A program made the translations under genes and the position numbers. Source: Monocercomonoides exilis PA203 (lineage: Eukaryota; Protista; Preaxostyla). Taken from it: a stretch of 64,000 nt of DNA. The notes beneath the pieces were generated by a model. That model searched no databases and was not told where the DNA came from. It was given only the letters and a program-made list of their open reading frames with translations. Location: the NCBI GenBank assembly GCA_001643675.2, contig LSRY02000027.1, forward strand, positions 1,116,001-1,180,000, written 5' to 3'. Below are positions 1 to 12,636 of the stretch, piece after piece (positions within the stretch are counted from its first letter, which is position 1; each line of letters begins with the position of its first letter).

Positions 1-2345
1 CATGCTGCTCCGTGAAATAATTCACATATATACAAGAAAATTGTTTGAGATTTTGGTTGTCATTCAGAAAATTACTTAAAAAGTATTTGTTCCTGAAGTG
101 AGGGCCAGAGTCTGAAAAAATTGTCAGAGTTGATTGAAGTGGGTGTGATTCCGATATATGTTTTTCAATAACAATGTTCAAGCATTCAATGGCGTATCTG
201 AAATCATGAGTTAAACAATCCGAAATGAAGTGATGACATGTTTTGTGAAGTGAATTATTTTGCTTTGTGTATGAAATAATGCACAGGTCAGACATTTGTT
301 TTTTTGTGTAAAAATCTTTACTGATTTCTCTTCTTGAAAGCGGAAGCTGCCAATTCTCTTTGAAGTCTAGCAGCAAAAGAAGATCTCCATTTTTCAATTT
401 GCTCTTTGAATCAACAAATGATTGTTTTTGGCATTCTGCCCATTTGTTGTGCTCCGTTATGTATTGCAGCTCTTCATTTTCCTGATCACTGAGTTGTCTA
501 TTTTGAGATATTTTCTGTAAATATCTTGCCCTTTCACAAATGGAGCACAAGTCAGTTCTGTTTCTAGGTTTTGTGATGATTCCTTGTGTTTTCTTGCAGA
601 AATATGAGTAGGACATATTGATTCCTGTTTTTAACACCAATTCACTGTGAAGTTGTTTTTTTGTTTTATAAGTTGTTCTGTTAACTCCACCACAAAACAT
701 AGAATCATTCATATTGTTTTCGGGTGCAATGTTTGAACTATTTGAATCATTGCTGAAGTGATCAAAAGATGAATCGAGAAAAACAGATTGTCTTTGAGTT
801 TCTATTTGAATAAATGAACTTTTAACGTAACATATAAAACTTGTTTTCCATCCGTTTGAACACAACTCTTCATATTTATTTTTAATTTCAAGATCATTAA
901 CAACTTCCACATTTTCATCGTTGCAGATTTTCCAATGGAAATTGTATTCGTTGCTGTTTTCGATTTGTTCAATATGGGATAATGTAATACAAATGAAATG
1001 ATGGATTGTTGGATTAAACAAAATTATGGAAAGAAGATTGTATTTCTCTTTCTGAGTTGAATCTTGATCAGTGCATTGCATGCTTTTGGCAACTTCAATT
1101 ATCCATGATGATTTGTTCAATCCAGCTACTTTTTCGTTTTGTTCATTTGAAGAAATAGAATTATTCTCACATCGAAATAACAAGAAATCTGAGTTGTTTG
1201 CATATTGAGTTTGCTGAATCACTCCACCAATCGATCTGCACAATGGACAGCTCAATTCTTCGTTCTTTCTTTGAGATTGAAGGATTTGAAACTCGTTCAA
1301 TGACTGTTCAATTGAATGACCTTGTAGAATGATAATATCAACTTTTTGTGGCATTTCAAAAGATGCATATCCACACATTTGGCAAATGATATTATCTGTT
1401 GAATGACAACCCAAATTGTTCATTGCAGTAGGAGATTGTTTGCGAATTATTTTCAGTAACCATTCTATTGCATCATCCGATTCGTGCTCCTCCATTTTTG
1501 AAATATCATTTTCATTGTTCCATTTTTCGTAGAACTCTTCGTTCCAGTAAGATTCAATATTCTCCTGTTGATCATTTATTGATTTGCAAATATTGATGAT
1601 TGTTGAAGAAAGAATATCTTTCGTTTCTTTCTGAAATTCCCTCGAATGGAATTTATTCATTGATGCAAACATTTGAATAGCTGCAGCTAAGTAACAGCTA
1701 TTTCCTAAATTTTTCAAGCCAACTGGTATTGATGAAGAACAAGGATGCAATTCATGCGACTTCTGCACATTGACAATCAATTGTGGAACGTGTGGAATAG
1801 ATGCCTTAGTTGATTCATCGTTATTTTGAATGTCTTCGTTGGAATACTCATCATCTTGACCGTCATAACCTGTAGGAAAACGATTTTCGCACAAAATGCC
1901 CCAATTATCATCATTGTCAAGATCTTATTTTGAAAAATAAAATACAAAATAATTAACAGAAAATAAAAAAAATATATAGACCTTCAGAGTCATGGAGACT
2001 ATTTCTGACTTTGTTTTTTCTTTTTTGAAGCTCGGAGGATTCATCTGTGTTATCGAACAAAAACTTATTCACTTTTGCAAGTGATTCTTCATCGAGATAA
2101 TGCCTTTTTTTGCATCTTCTATCTTCACAATCACTCTCCTCATCCAAATAATGAAGGAGTGATCCATATTTCGCATAATTGTATTGTCCCTGTGTAATAT
2201 CGTAATGGTAATCTCGCAATTGTGAATAAGAACAGTAAGTGCTCAGATTTTTAAGTAATTCAACTTGCATTTTATTCTGAAGCTTTGGAAATATTGAACT
2301 CAAAGAATTCATCACTCCATCAAGTTGATCTATTAAATAGAACAT
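1..2345 (-). CDS. USP (peptidase C19) deubiquitinase fused to Sola-like DDD transposase; 3' end beyond the window; exons about 2345-1982 and 1923-<1
   Basis: Manual translation: a GT..AG intron at 1924-1981 joins ORF 1953..2345 in frame to a stop-free frame running to base 1. USP motifs: GLKNLGNSCYLAAAIQ (Cys 1694-1696), DDAIEWL, CQMC and CPLC, KYNLLSII..HHF (995-1003), WKICNDENV. Transposase motifs: DLCSIC..H, LLDFKEN (D 365-367), IFSDSGPHFRN (D 110-112), YFTEQH(G) at the edge. True start uncertain. Confidence 0.85.
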
Positions 2346-2838
2346 GTATACATTAAAAAGAGTTAAACGTTAAGATTTCTATTGTTAACGAAATGTTCTA
2401 CACACCATTTGATTTTTTATATAACGAATCTTTGATTTCCTTCATTTTTCGAAATGAAAAAATGAAATAGTCAAATAACTCGAAAATGTTATCTCCAGAA
2501 ATGGAGGTGGCATATTCCCACAGCTTTCTGGACCACTTGCTCAGAGTGTATTGTTTTGGTTGCATTTGTATGTTTTCTGTCTTTAACGTTGAAAATATCT
2601 TTCACAGAAAGATCGATCCCTTTATAAGCTTTGCGAATGACATTCAAATAAAAAAAGAAAAGAAAAAAAATAGTACTTTTCAAATCACATTTGAAACGAC
2701 TGAATAAAGAAGAACCAGTAAATGTTTCACATTTTGAAAATTAAAAATTGATTTTGCTCATTCAAAAGTTTCAAACTATAAACTCGTTCAGGAATTCACA
2801 TGTTCACATTTTCTATTATTCTGCTTAAATCTATTTGA

Positions 2839-3900
2839 CTAATTTAATATCCCCATCTTCTCTCGCTTGCTGAATTCTTCCGTTAGCTCCTGGTTCTTTT
2901 TCTGTTCAACGCTGAGATTCTCGTCTTTCACAGCTAGAATGCCTTTCATTTGCTCATTGATCACTTCCCCATCGAGTGTGATTCCTGCTATCTCCAGCAT
3001 AGTAACCAAATTGATCAGATCTTTTATCAGATGCTGCTTTTCATTTAACTCTTTTTCCATTTCCAGCGCAATCTCTTTTTTTGGATCACTTCTCTCTTTC
3101 CTTATTATCCGATATTATTTATTTCTCAAATTCACCTTATTTATTTCCTTTTACTTCCAAAACTTCATCGTTTCCTTTTTCCTTTTTTCTATTATCTCTT
3201 TCAGCCTCATCTGCATTATTTTTATGACATCTCTTTCTTCTTCTTTGACTTCAAATATTTAATATTTTCCTTTGCGTTATTTATAGATTAATCAAATATA
3301 TATTAATTTTCTGTTTCTTTTTGGTATCTATCTCTTATTCTTGAAGAAATCTTCATGATGTGTTCTCTTTGTCTCCATCAGAAAAATTGTATCTTTAGCC
3401 AATGACCTTGCAGATGTAGCTTTTATATTTATCTCAATCTGAAACACTTCATCTCTTTCCATATCTGTTCTTTTTGTTTTTCTTCTGTCGGTTTAACTTC
3501 TGCATCCTGTTGACGTTTGCAAAAGATGTGTCAATTTCTGTAGTCTTTCAGATCTCTTCATCTTTGCAATCATTGTTTTTAACAGCTGCATTTTCTTTCG
3601 CATTTGTTGAAGCATTTCCTTTCCTTCTTTTCTTTTTCCTGTATTCTTTGTAATGATGTCTACTAAGCACTTCAACTTCTTCATTTTCTTCACTGGAGCA
3701 GCACGCTCATTTCATACTCGATTCATGCATACTTGATTAGCAAAGAGAAGAAAATCGAAGAAGATAAAAAGTCATTATCAACATCTGTGTCTGCAATTGA
3801 CTCATCGGATGATTCAGATGAATTGTCATAATATTCAGCAGCAGTGAAAAACAACATAGAAAGACGGCTGCAGATTGTGTTGTCTGTTGCGGCTGGGATG
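2839..3900 (-). pseudogene. Lys/Glu-rich coiled-coil gene fragments, unknown function
   Basis: ORFs 2839..3060 and 3493..3693 with charged composition, separated by frame breaks or introns. Confidence 0.35.
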
Positions 3901-4830
3901 TTAGAAAATCACAGATAGTTGTTTCTGAGGGAGTAACAGAAACTTCGATGGATGTGTTGTGCAGCGGTGGGCTGCGCTGTATGGAGGTGTTATGTGTGCG
4001 TATAATGCAGTGCTTTCTGCGATGCTTTCAGTTACGCTGGTGGAACCGCTTCCATCGCTTGATGCATCGGAAGGCACGAAGTTGGGGAGCAAGCGGATCT
4101 TTGTGGAAGCAGATGTGAATTAGTTCCCGTCGATCTACGATCTGTTCGACCCGTCGCTGCAGAAATGGCGATTGTCTTAGTTGAAATATTTGGTGGTGAA
4201 GATGGACGATGAAGTTATATGAGAAGTGATTGGAGTATGCTATGAATGGAAGAATTAGGAGATAGCACTGGAGGCTGCGGGGGTGAGGATGGAGGATGTG
4301 GTTCTTTCTCCAGCAGCGATTGCGTTGTTGAAGCTTGAGGAGCGATAAGAAGCAGAGGAAGGTGAAGGGAATGAGGAGAAAGGCGGGTATCTGACAGCGC
4401 ACAGAGAGTTTGTGGAGAGAATCAAAGAGAACCAGGGAAAGCTGGAAGAAGCGATGGCGCCGCTGGTTGTGGATGCGCTTGGGCTGAGTGGGCTGAGGTT
4501 TGCGAAGGCGGAGACTGAGGCGGGGCATGAGCAGGCAAGCTGCATTCAATAGAAGCTGAAATATGCAGTTCTCTGCCAGCCGATTGCTTTCAACTGGAGT
4601 TTTCAAGAGCAGAAGAAGAAGCAGCAGATGGGTCTTTGGGTATAGCTTCAGATGGAAGAGAAGAAAATGTGGGGAAAGATGAGGTACAGGTGGAAATGAA
4701 TTCGAATGATTTGGGGATGAACGAGGAGCAAGGAAAAGAGGGTAGTTCGAATGATTTGGAGAAGGAAGAAGGAGAGGAAGAAAAGGAGGAGGAAGAGGAA
4801 GAAGAAGGAGAAGAAGAAGAAGAAGAAGAA
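3780..4830 (+). pseudogene. Fragment of a repeated lineage-specific gene family (paralog of 60950-62601)
   Basis: Reads EEGEGNEEKGGYLTAHREFVERIKENQGKLEEAM...GKEGSSNDLEKEE, closely matching 60990-61420 at DNA and protein level; in-frame stops. Confidence 0.7.
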
Positions 4831-4859
4831 GCTGTTTTTGGTGTGCGGAACTGTTTTGG

Positions 4860-7800
4860 CTTTGGTGACACACGCAGATTCATCGGCTGTGTCTTCTTCA
4901 TCAAAATAGGCGCCTTCAATATTTGTATCTGCTTTGCACTGCTTTCTTCCTTTTCTCCTTTTCTTCCTGTTCTCCCGCTGCTCTGCATTCCTCCTTCTTT
5001 CCCTTCTTTCCCTTCTTCACAACAACCTGATTCTCAACTTCTATCTGTCAGTTCACTTGCACCTCCTTTTCCACTTCTTCTATCTCCTTCTCTTTCTCCT
5101 CCTCCTCCTCCTACACTTCCATCCATCTTTCTCTCACTTCCATTCTTGGAGCCTCCTCTCCCACCTGAAAATCCTTCCAGTGTCGATGCAATGAATCCCT
5201 TGTTGATCGCATGAAGACCAACTCCGCTGACATTCGACACGCCCAACTTGCTTCTGTCCAGCCGGATGGAGTTCTGTGTGTCTGAGGCTGCTGCATAAGA
5301 AGCGCTCGAAGATGAAGATGAAGACGAAGATGATGTTGCAGTTGATGATGTTGTTGCACTGGAAGGTCTGACTCGTTTTGCAGGCTGCAAGTAAATCCCA
5401 CTGGCTGCTTTGTCTTTCGTGTCTCTTCTGCTGCCAACAGAAATGTTGTTTGTGGATGAGCACCGTTGAAAATGCCTTGTTTGAGACGAATGAGAACGAA
5501 AAACAGGAGAGGAAGATCCATCTTGTGGCGTTTGTTTGGATTTTGTGGTGCTTCTGACAGATGAAGTGGAAGAAGTGAGTGAGTTGTGGGTGGAAACAGA
5601 ACAAGAAGAAGAAGATGATGATGTTGATAATGAAGGCGTAGTGTTGGAGGAAGAAGAAGAGGAAGAAGAAGAGGAGGAGGAAGAGGAAGCTGAAGTGTTT
5701 GAAGATAATGGCATTGTTGCTGCTGAAGAAGAAGATAAAGAAGCCACATTAATACGAGGAGCCTAACGAGATCTTGTCATCGTCCTTTTGATTGGAAGAG
5801 AAGAAACTGGCCTTTTGTTGAGAGACGATTGAAGTGACATATTTGAAGATTGTGATTGTTCTGCTTGTGAGTTTATTGGCACTGAAGAAGAAGGAAAAGA
5901 AGAAGGTGAAGAAGAAGAACAGGATAAAAAGAAAGAAGAAGTGTAAGAAGAAGAAGAAGAAGAAGAGGAAGAGGAAGAGGAAGAGGAAGTGGAAGTGAAA
6001 GATGCGCAGGTTGCAGAAGGAGCAGTGTCAAAGGGACATCTTTGAGGAGCAGAGGAAGAAAAGGAATAATATAACGTTGATGAAGCAGTTGACGCAGATG
6101 AAGAAAACAAAATCAACGACACAACCAACATTGCCAAATTAGCTGAGGACGCGAGCTCAGCAGCTTTCGAAGAAGAAGGAAAAAATTATCACCAGAAGGG
6201 GAATATTCACAAGATGTTGTGAACGAATCTGTTTTCTGTTTGTGTTTGTGCCTGAAACTGCAATTGCATCTTTTCATCAGCTAGCGCATGTGCCTCTCCT
6301 GGCTTTTGCAGTTCGTTTCGCGTGATCTTTTTATGTTCAATTGCTTGCTTATCAAAACCAGTTTTTCGGAAAATGGTGTGAAGAGAGGAATTGACGGACC
6401 GTTCAATGAGTTGTGATAATCGTTGCCTTCGTTTTAATTATTGCTGTTATTGCCTTCATTGGATGATGAGAGAAAGAGCTCAAACGTCTTATCGAGTGAA
6501 TATATCTTTAACTTTGAGAATATAATCATTTCATCACGGACAGAAAAGAAGAGTTTTTTTGTCTCAAAGTTCTCTGTCGACAACTATGCAGCAACGTCAT
6601 TGATATCTGTGAAGTCATTAAGTTCATCACATCTGACAGCTTCTCCATTGTGGAGTCGAGCAGGTGGATGATGTGATATCGTCATAGAGGTAGATATCGG
6701 GGGATGGTGAGGAAGATGAAAATGATGATAAAAATGAAAAGAAGAATGTGTTGTTGATGTTGGACAAATTGATGTCAAATGAACAGTTTTTTCTTGAAAG
6801 CGATGAAGATAGGTCTGATTGAAAGAGTTTATCAAGGCAGAAGAAGAAGAAGAAGAAACAAAAGAAGTTGAAGATAATCGCCCACAACCTGGTGAACCCA
6901 TCATCACCGCTTTTTTTAATGCTCCAGCTGAAGATGCAGAAGAAGCAGAAGATATCAAAAGTGAATCCAAAGAAAAAGTTTGTGGTGAATTTGTTTTTGC
7001 CTTCGATCCAAGTGCAGAATTAACATTCGAAGGCAGGCTGTTTTCAATCGCAAGCATTTGTTTTTTCTCCACAAGAAAGAGGGAAGCCTGAACTATCATC
7101 TGACAAGACCTAATGGTAAATAGCAGGTTTGTCAGAGGAACATTCATTATCTCCCTCTCTGCATTCTTCAATTTCTCTTTCAGCTTTGAAAAAAAAAGTC
7201 GAAATCGCATCTTTGTTTGTATATTCATTAACCTGCATGGCATGCATGTTCTGCTTAATCTGCCACCTTTGATTAAAAAACAGCCTTCTTTCGTCTATCA
7301 TTATCATCATCGTAGCCTTCAGGTTTTCCTGAAACGTATCTTCTGTCTGCAATGTGGGGGGGGGCTGTTGAGCAAGAGCCTTCATCATCCCACTCAACTC
7401 TTTTTTGATTAGGATTTGCTTGCCTTCAGCATGCTCAGCTTCTTCACCAACGCTCCAAACGTCTCCAGACACAAGGAGACTTACGAGCCAATTGACATAT
7501 CGCGTCACACACTGGAAGAAATCTTTTCACTTGCACATATCTTCTTTGCTCCACTTTGGCTGCGAGGCAACGCTGGATAAGTGACTTCAATGTCTTTTGG
7601 AAATTGCGATATTGCGAAAGGAAAAAGTCCAAATTCTGGTATTATTCGAACCAAGTGCTCATGGAGTTGGTATCGGTATCGGAGTTTTGAGAGACTTGTG
7701 TGCTGAACGATTTAGCTTCCTGAAACTTGATGACAAGAGAGACATACTCATGAAGGAGGACAGGTTGTATTTAGGTTGTAAGGAATAAGACGTGTGAAGA

Positions 7801-9030
7801 CCGGTGCACCGAATAGGTCTTGGCTGAAGAACTCGAAGTGCGAGAGCCATGAGCGAAGTGGTTTGTTGATGTGATGAACAATGGTTGAGTGTGTCGATGC
7901 GCGAAAAGAGCAGTAGTTCAGATTGAACTGCGATTCTTTATTGTAATTCCAGTTCATCAGTCCCACAAGGAGCACTCCTTCTTTGAAGGCTGTGCTGGTA
8001 AAGGCGGGGGAAATGTCAAGGGATATTCAAGTGAATGATTCAGGAGAAGAAGAAGAAGGTGATGATTATGATATTGATAATGAAAAAGAATATTATTGAA
8101 TTATGTGATCCTGGCGAAGAAGAATATCTCTATGGAAATATGCAAGATAGATCCAAAAGAGCAGGAGAAGACGAGTTTGAAGGCGCAGACGAGGAAAGAG
8201 GTGTGACTGTAATATAAGAAAAAGGGAAAGGGGAGCTTCTTGAAGAGAAAATGGCACTGGAATAGGCTCTTTCTTTCTTTCTTTCTTTCTTTTTTAAGTT
8301 GTTTTTAGAATGCATGCAAATTCTTTTTGAGTGAGATATGTGAGCTGAGGAAATGATTTGAAAGGATTTGCGTTCAGTTATTGATGAAGTGGATGTGAGG
8401 CGAAGATGTGTGCGAAAGGATAAGAAGAATAAGAAGAGCAAATTCTGAATGTGAAAATATCACTTGCCGTTTAGTTGCACTCTTAAAACTTTGAAGAAAT
8501 TGATATTGGCGCAGGTGCATGTTGGTAAGACTATCTTCTTGTGAAGTTAATGAAAAGTTCATTGTTGAAATTACGAACTTTCGAGGAGATAATCGGAGAA
8601 ATTTCGTTGAAAAGAGATAATTAAAAGAAAGGTTTGTCAATGTTGCATATGTTTGATGAGGAGAACGTATAACTTTGGTTGCATGTGTTGGATTAAATGA
8701 GACTTTCTCTACGTAGTAGTTATTCTTCTGTTTGATTTCGTGCCTTCTTTAAAGTGACTTTAAAATTCTCTAAAATCACTTCCTCCTTTTTCACCGCTTC
8801 TGCACCTCTTCTGCACTTCGATGCAGCATGTACACCATCTTTTCTCATTAAGAACATTCTGCTTCTCTTCAGCCTCCGGCTTCAAGTGAATCAGCAGGCT
8901 GGTCGGTCTCGCTTCTCCGATCACTTGTTGAGTGTGGAGAATGACTCAAAAAACGATGTTCCATTGAGCTTATACCAATGCATGTGATTGAGCTTATCTC
9001 TCTGAAGCAGAACATTCTGAGCATCAATCA
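4860..9030 (-). pseudogene. Long Ser-rich low-complexity gene, frameshifted
   Basis: Consecutive minus-strand ORFs (7659-7850, 7444-7632, 7110-7508, 6584-7243, 5763-6137, 5034-5747) in shifting frames; no recognisable domain. Confidence 0.45.
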
Positions 9031-9618
9031 ATTTTGCGGTAAATTTTGTATTTTGAGTGATCTCATTTCCAACAGGTGTGCCAAACATACCAATTTGTAT
9101 TTCTTCTATTCCAGTAATCTCACACAGAACGGGTCCTCTTTTTGATAATCACTATTCTTTTCATATTTCAAGGTTATGTTTCAAAAGGAATGGTCACGTA
9201 TCCGTTTGCATTCGGTTTTTACAGATACTAATAAACAGTTTGATGGTGCGAAAGTCAGATCTGCAATAATGGAATTATTCAAAACTACTGAATAAGAATC
9301 TTCAGATAAAAATTTGAGGCCTGAAGGGTTAAGATTCTTTTGGGGGATTAAACTCAAATTCACCATGTTGATTGATCCGCTTTGAAGATGAAAAGGAGTT
9401 ACCGATTTTTGACTGGAAATGCAGGAATCCATCATCAGAGTTGAGCATTCTGTTATTAGCACAAATGGCGAAGATGAATATTCAAGTGCCACATTTTTCA
9501 GTTCTACTGAAGAATTGAAAAATCTCAAAAATAAATTTTTTTCCGCAGAAAGACCTGGCTGCAATCTTTTAACTCCTGAAAATGTGATTCGCTGAAATAA
9601 GTTATTATTATCAGCCAT
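9030..9618 (-). pseudogene. N-terminal fragment of a putative beta-helix/pectin-lyase-like surface protein
   Basis: ORF 9181..9618 with repeated beta-strand pattern (NSSVELKNVAL, CSTLMMDSC, GSINMVNLSL, YSVVLNNSII); premature stop. Fold assignment is inference. Confidence 0.4.
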
Positions 9619-10167
9619 TGATAGAAATTGCGAGTCATCAGTATAGCCTTGACAAAATTAATTACAATTATTTCATATATATATGAATTGTTAAGAGCCT
9701 CATTGTTTTTCAATGATGTATTTCAAGAGACATCTTGTCGTTTAAATGTCTCTTCTTTTAGAAAATACTCCATAAAACAACAAATTCAATTTCAATAGAA
9801 AATAAAATTTTAAATTGATCATTAAATAACATTAAAAAAAATATTAAAAAGGAAATGCTATTTGAATAAATTGATAATTTTTTATCAAATAAACATTCAT
9901 AGAAAAATGCACAGATTTTTAATAAATGATAGTTTTAAAGTGTTTTTAAATTTAACTTCCATGGGAGAAGATTTTGATCTATCGTGACTTTTCATTAAAA
10001 AAAATACCCAAATTACACTTCAAACATTTTATTTATATTTATATGAAATGATTTTTAATATTTTAGTTAATATTTCGAGTTATTGAATTGTTTATTGAGA
10101 AGGGCATAATTTGCAAATGAAAATGTATTTAATCCTAAATAATATCCCATATTTTTTGTTTAATTAA

Positions 10168-10307
10168 TGATCAAGAGACCCAGAATTGAAAGCATCGGAT
10201 GTGACTGAGTCACTTCCAATTTGACTGGGTCTCAATGGCATTAGATCGATCTTATTGGATGTTGACCGATCTAATGCCACTTGATGAAGTCAAATCAATC
10301 AAGTTCT
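10168..10307. mobile_element. Right end of a PHIS-type element (element 0); left end not found
   Basis: About 140 bp colinear with 12496-12633 and 13754-13890, ending AAGTTCT followed by AGT. Confidence 0.65.
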
Positions 10308-10310
10308 AGT

Positions 10311-12633
10311 AGACGTTTTTCGAATCTTGAGCAAAAAATAAATTTGATTTTATAACATAGATGTCAACCTCTTTTTTTGGAATTGATTCAATCAAATTGG
10401 AACTTTCTCAATCTCACTTGGTCCAAAATAGGAATTACGAAATGTTTGAAAAACTGATCTTATTATTTTTTTGTTTCTTATTTTATGTGATTCCTTCGTT
10501 TCGATTATTCACAAAACTTTGATATTTTATGCATCTATATAAAATCCATTGTGTTTTGATCTGTTTTCAGCAAATTTTGAGTATTTTTATAGTTCAAAAG
10601 GTTTGCATTTATTTTTTATTCTTTCACATGATATCCTTGCGATTGAGCATTTATATTAATTCTTATGATTATTTTCATATGTTTTAAGCTATTAACAGCT
10701 GTGACGTTTTATTTAAAATCAGGATCATTAATAACACTTTTTCAACGTTTATTTCATATAAAACTCAAGGGGAAACAACGATTTTTGTTTCATTTCAATA
10801 TTTTTCATAAATATTTTATGACATACATACAATAAGTTATATTTTTTATTCTCTTATATTTTTTTTTTTTAAAAAAAGGTGAATGATTGAAAAATAGAAA
10901 TAATAAAAGAAAAAACTAATTTCTTTGTTCCAAAAGAAGCCTTAAAGGACTTGGCGTAATTCTTTTCGCCTTTTCTGCTTCTGATGAACGTGGAGTTGAA
11001 GGAAAAGGAGATGAAGAAGATGCAGAAGAATGTTGGATTGATTTCCACTGACCTGGTAAACACCAGGCCATAGAATTATCATCTTCGTCACTATCATTTT
11101 CTTCCAAATCAATCCTTTTCGTTTCATTTCTATCTTTTTCTTCTTTTTCTTCGATTTTTCGCTTTTCTTTCTTTTCTTCTTCACATTTCTTTTTCAGTGC
11201 GCCTTCCTTTTCATTCTGTGAAATATCTGAATAAAAAAAAGAGAAAATATAATGGTTGAAAGAGTTATCAAAAAAAAATCAAATAAAAGATAATGAATAT
11301 AAATATGGGTAAAGCAATGAATAATAAACTGTCTATTTGTGCGTGTAAAGTAGTTATTGTGGGTGTAATTGACAAGCTCGGATTCAATCTATTTTTCAAT
11401 TTTATTCGATATCTCTCATTCGCTATTTGTCTTGCTTTTTGTTTTTGTAAATGCTCCGTCCACAAGTTGTCCAAAATACGCTGATTTGCTTCCCCGTCTG
11501 CTCTTGTCAATGGATTTCGTAATATATGAAAATTGGTCAAACAGCAAGCCACATTGAAATAGTCAGCAATTCGATCAATTTCGAATATCCATGGTTTGCG
11601 AAAGATGGAGAAGAGCGTTTTCATCCTTCCAAAGAACCTTTCAACTATTACACGATGGGAAGCAAGCTTCTGTGTGCCAACGGGCTTTGTTATGATAGCG
11701 TCAAGGTTTGGTCTGGCACCAATATATGCAGAATCAGCTAGAATTTTGGATCCCTCCAGTTTCGATTCAAACAATGGATAATGCTCTTTGAGTATAACAT
11801 AGTCATGCGTGGAGCCTGAGTAAATAGCGCTAATGGTGCTTGCTGTGCCAACCTTTGGGTTAACACCCACTTCTGCCTTGACACAGTAAATATGGTGTTT
11901 TCCACTAAAGAACTTTTTTCCATATTCCAATCGACCCCCTGGTCGGTTTGTCGGAATCACAGTGCAATCAAGCACTATTCCAACATCCTTCATGCTCTCT
12001 ATTCTGTCTTTGCGGAACGACAGAAAAAGATCGGCCAAAGGCGATCGAAGCCGAGACACAATGGAATGAAGTAGTCTGACAATTGCACTTTGAGAGTCGA
12101 GTTTTTTTGATGCAAGTATGTTTGTGAGGGTGCAAGAGCCGTGATGGAGAACATTCAAAAGCAAAAATAATTGCTCTTCCAGTGTGTTAATTGCTTTTGC
12201 CTTTCCCCGATGAGGAAGTGAATCATCTGGAAGCAGTTATAGTAACATGTCAAATTCTGATCGCACAAAGACCGTGAGTCGAAAGAATGCACGAGATGGG
12301 TCCTTCACATCTTTGCATGCACATTCGATAAGTGATAGGTTTTCTTTTCTTTTCGTTGATTCAAAATGTTCAGGAATTGCGTTTCTTCTTTCAACACATT
12401 CCAAAACATCCAAAAGTGGAGATTGTGACATCAAAAAATTTTTCAACAACAAAAAAAATTGATCAAACCCATATTTTTGAAAATATCTGAAGAAAGATCA
12501 CAAACCCAGAATTTGTTAAATTGGTCATGACTTAATCAAATCGGTTTTGAGTCGATCTTTTTGGTATTATGAACCACTTTTTGGTCTTAGTCGAAGCTAA
12601 TACCGCATTGCTTAATAATTTCGTTTTAGTTCT
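10311..12633 (-). mobile_element. PIF/Harbinger/ISL2EU-type (PHIS) DNA transposon A with imperfect TIRs and AGT on both sides
   Basis: Starts AGACGTTTTTCGAA, ends TTCGTTTTAGTTCT; AGT at 10308-10310 and 12634-12636; contains a DDE_Tnp_4 transposase gene. Confidence 0.8.
10870..12431 (-). pseudogene. DDE_Tnp_4 (IS5/Harbinger-like) transposase with a single in-frame TAA; intron about 11229-11330, then a K/E- and S-rich tail
   Basis: N-terminal FFRLT..SEFDMLL helix, VLDCT, FSGKHH..K, GSTHD, LADSAY, VERFFGRMK.LF, CCLTNFH; ORFs 12237..12452 and 11268..12164 share a frame. Confidence 0.85.
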
Positions 12634-12636
12634 AGT

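Noticed and set aside
2350-2760. Further upstream exons or TIR of the USP-transposase
   Set aside because: Coding-like, but no clean splice path or identifiable terminus could be established by eye
12237-12239. In-frame TAA read as Gln (non-canonical code, as in some oxymonads)
   Set aside because: TGA stops and frameshifts are also common in the decayed genes, and the 640-codon USP-transposase frame uses CAA/CAG with no TAA/TAG; ordinary decay is simpler
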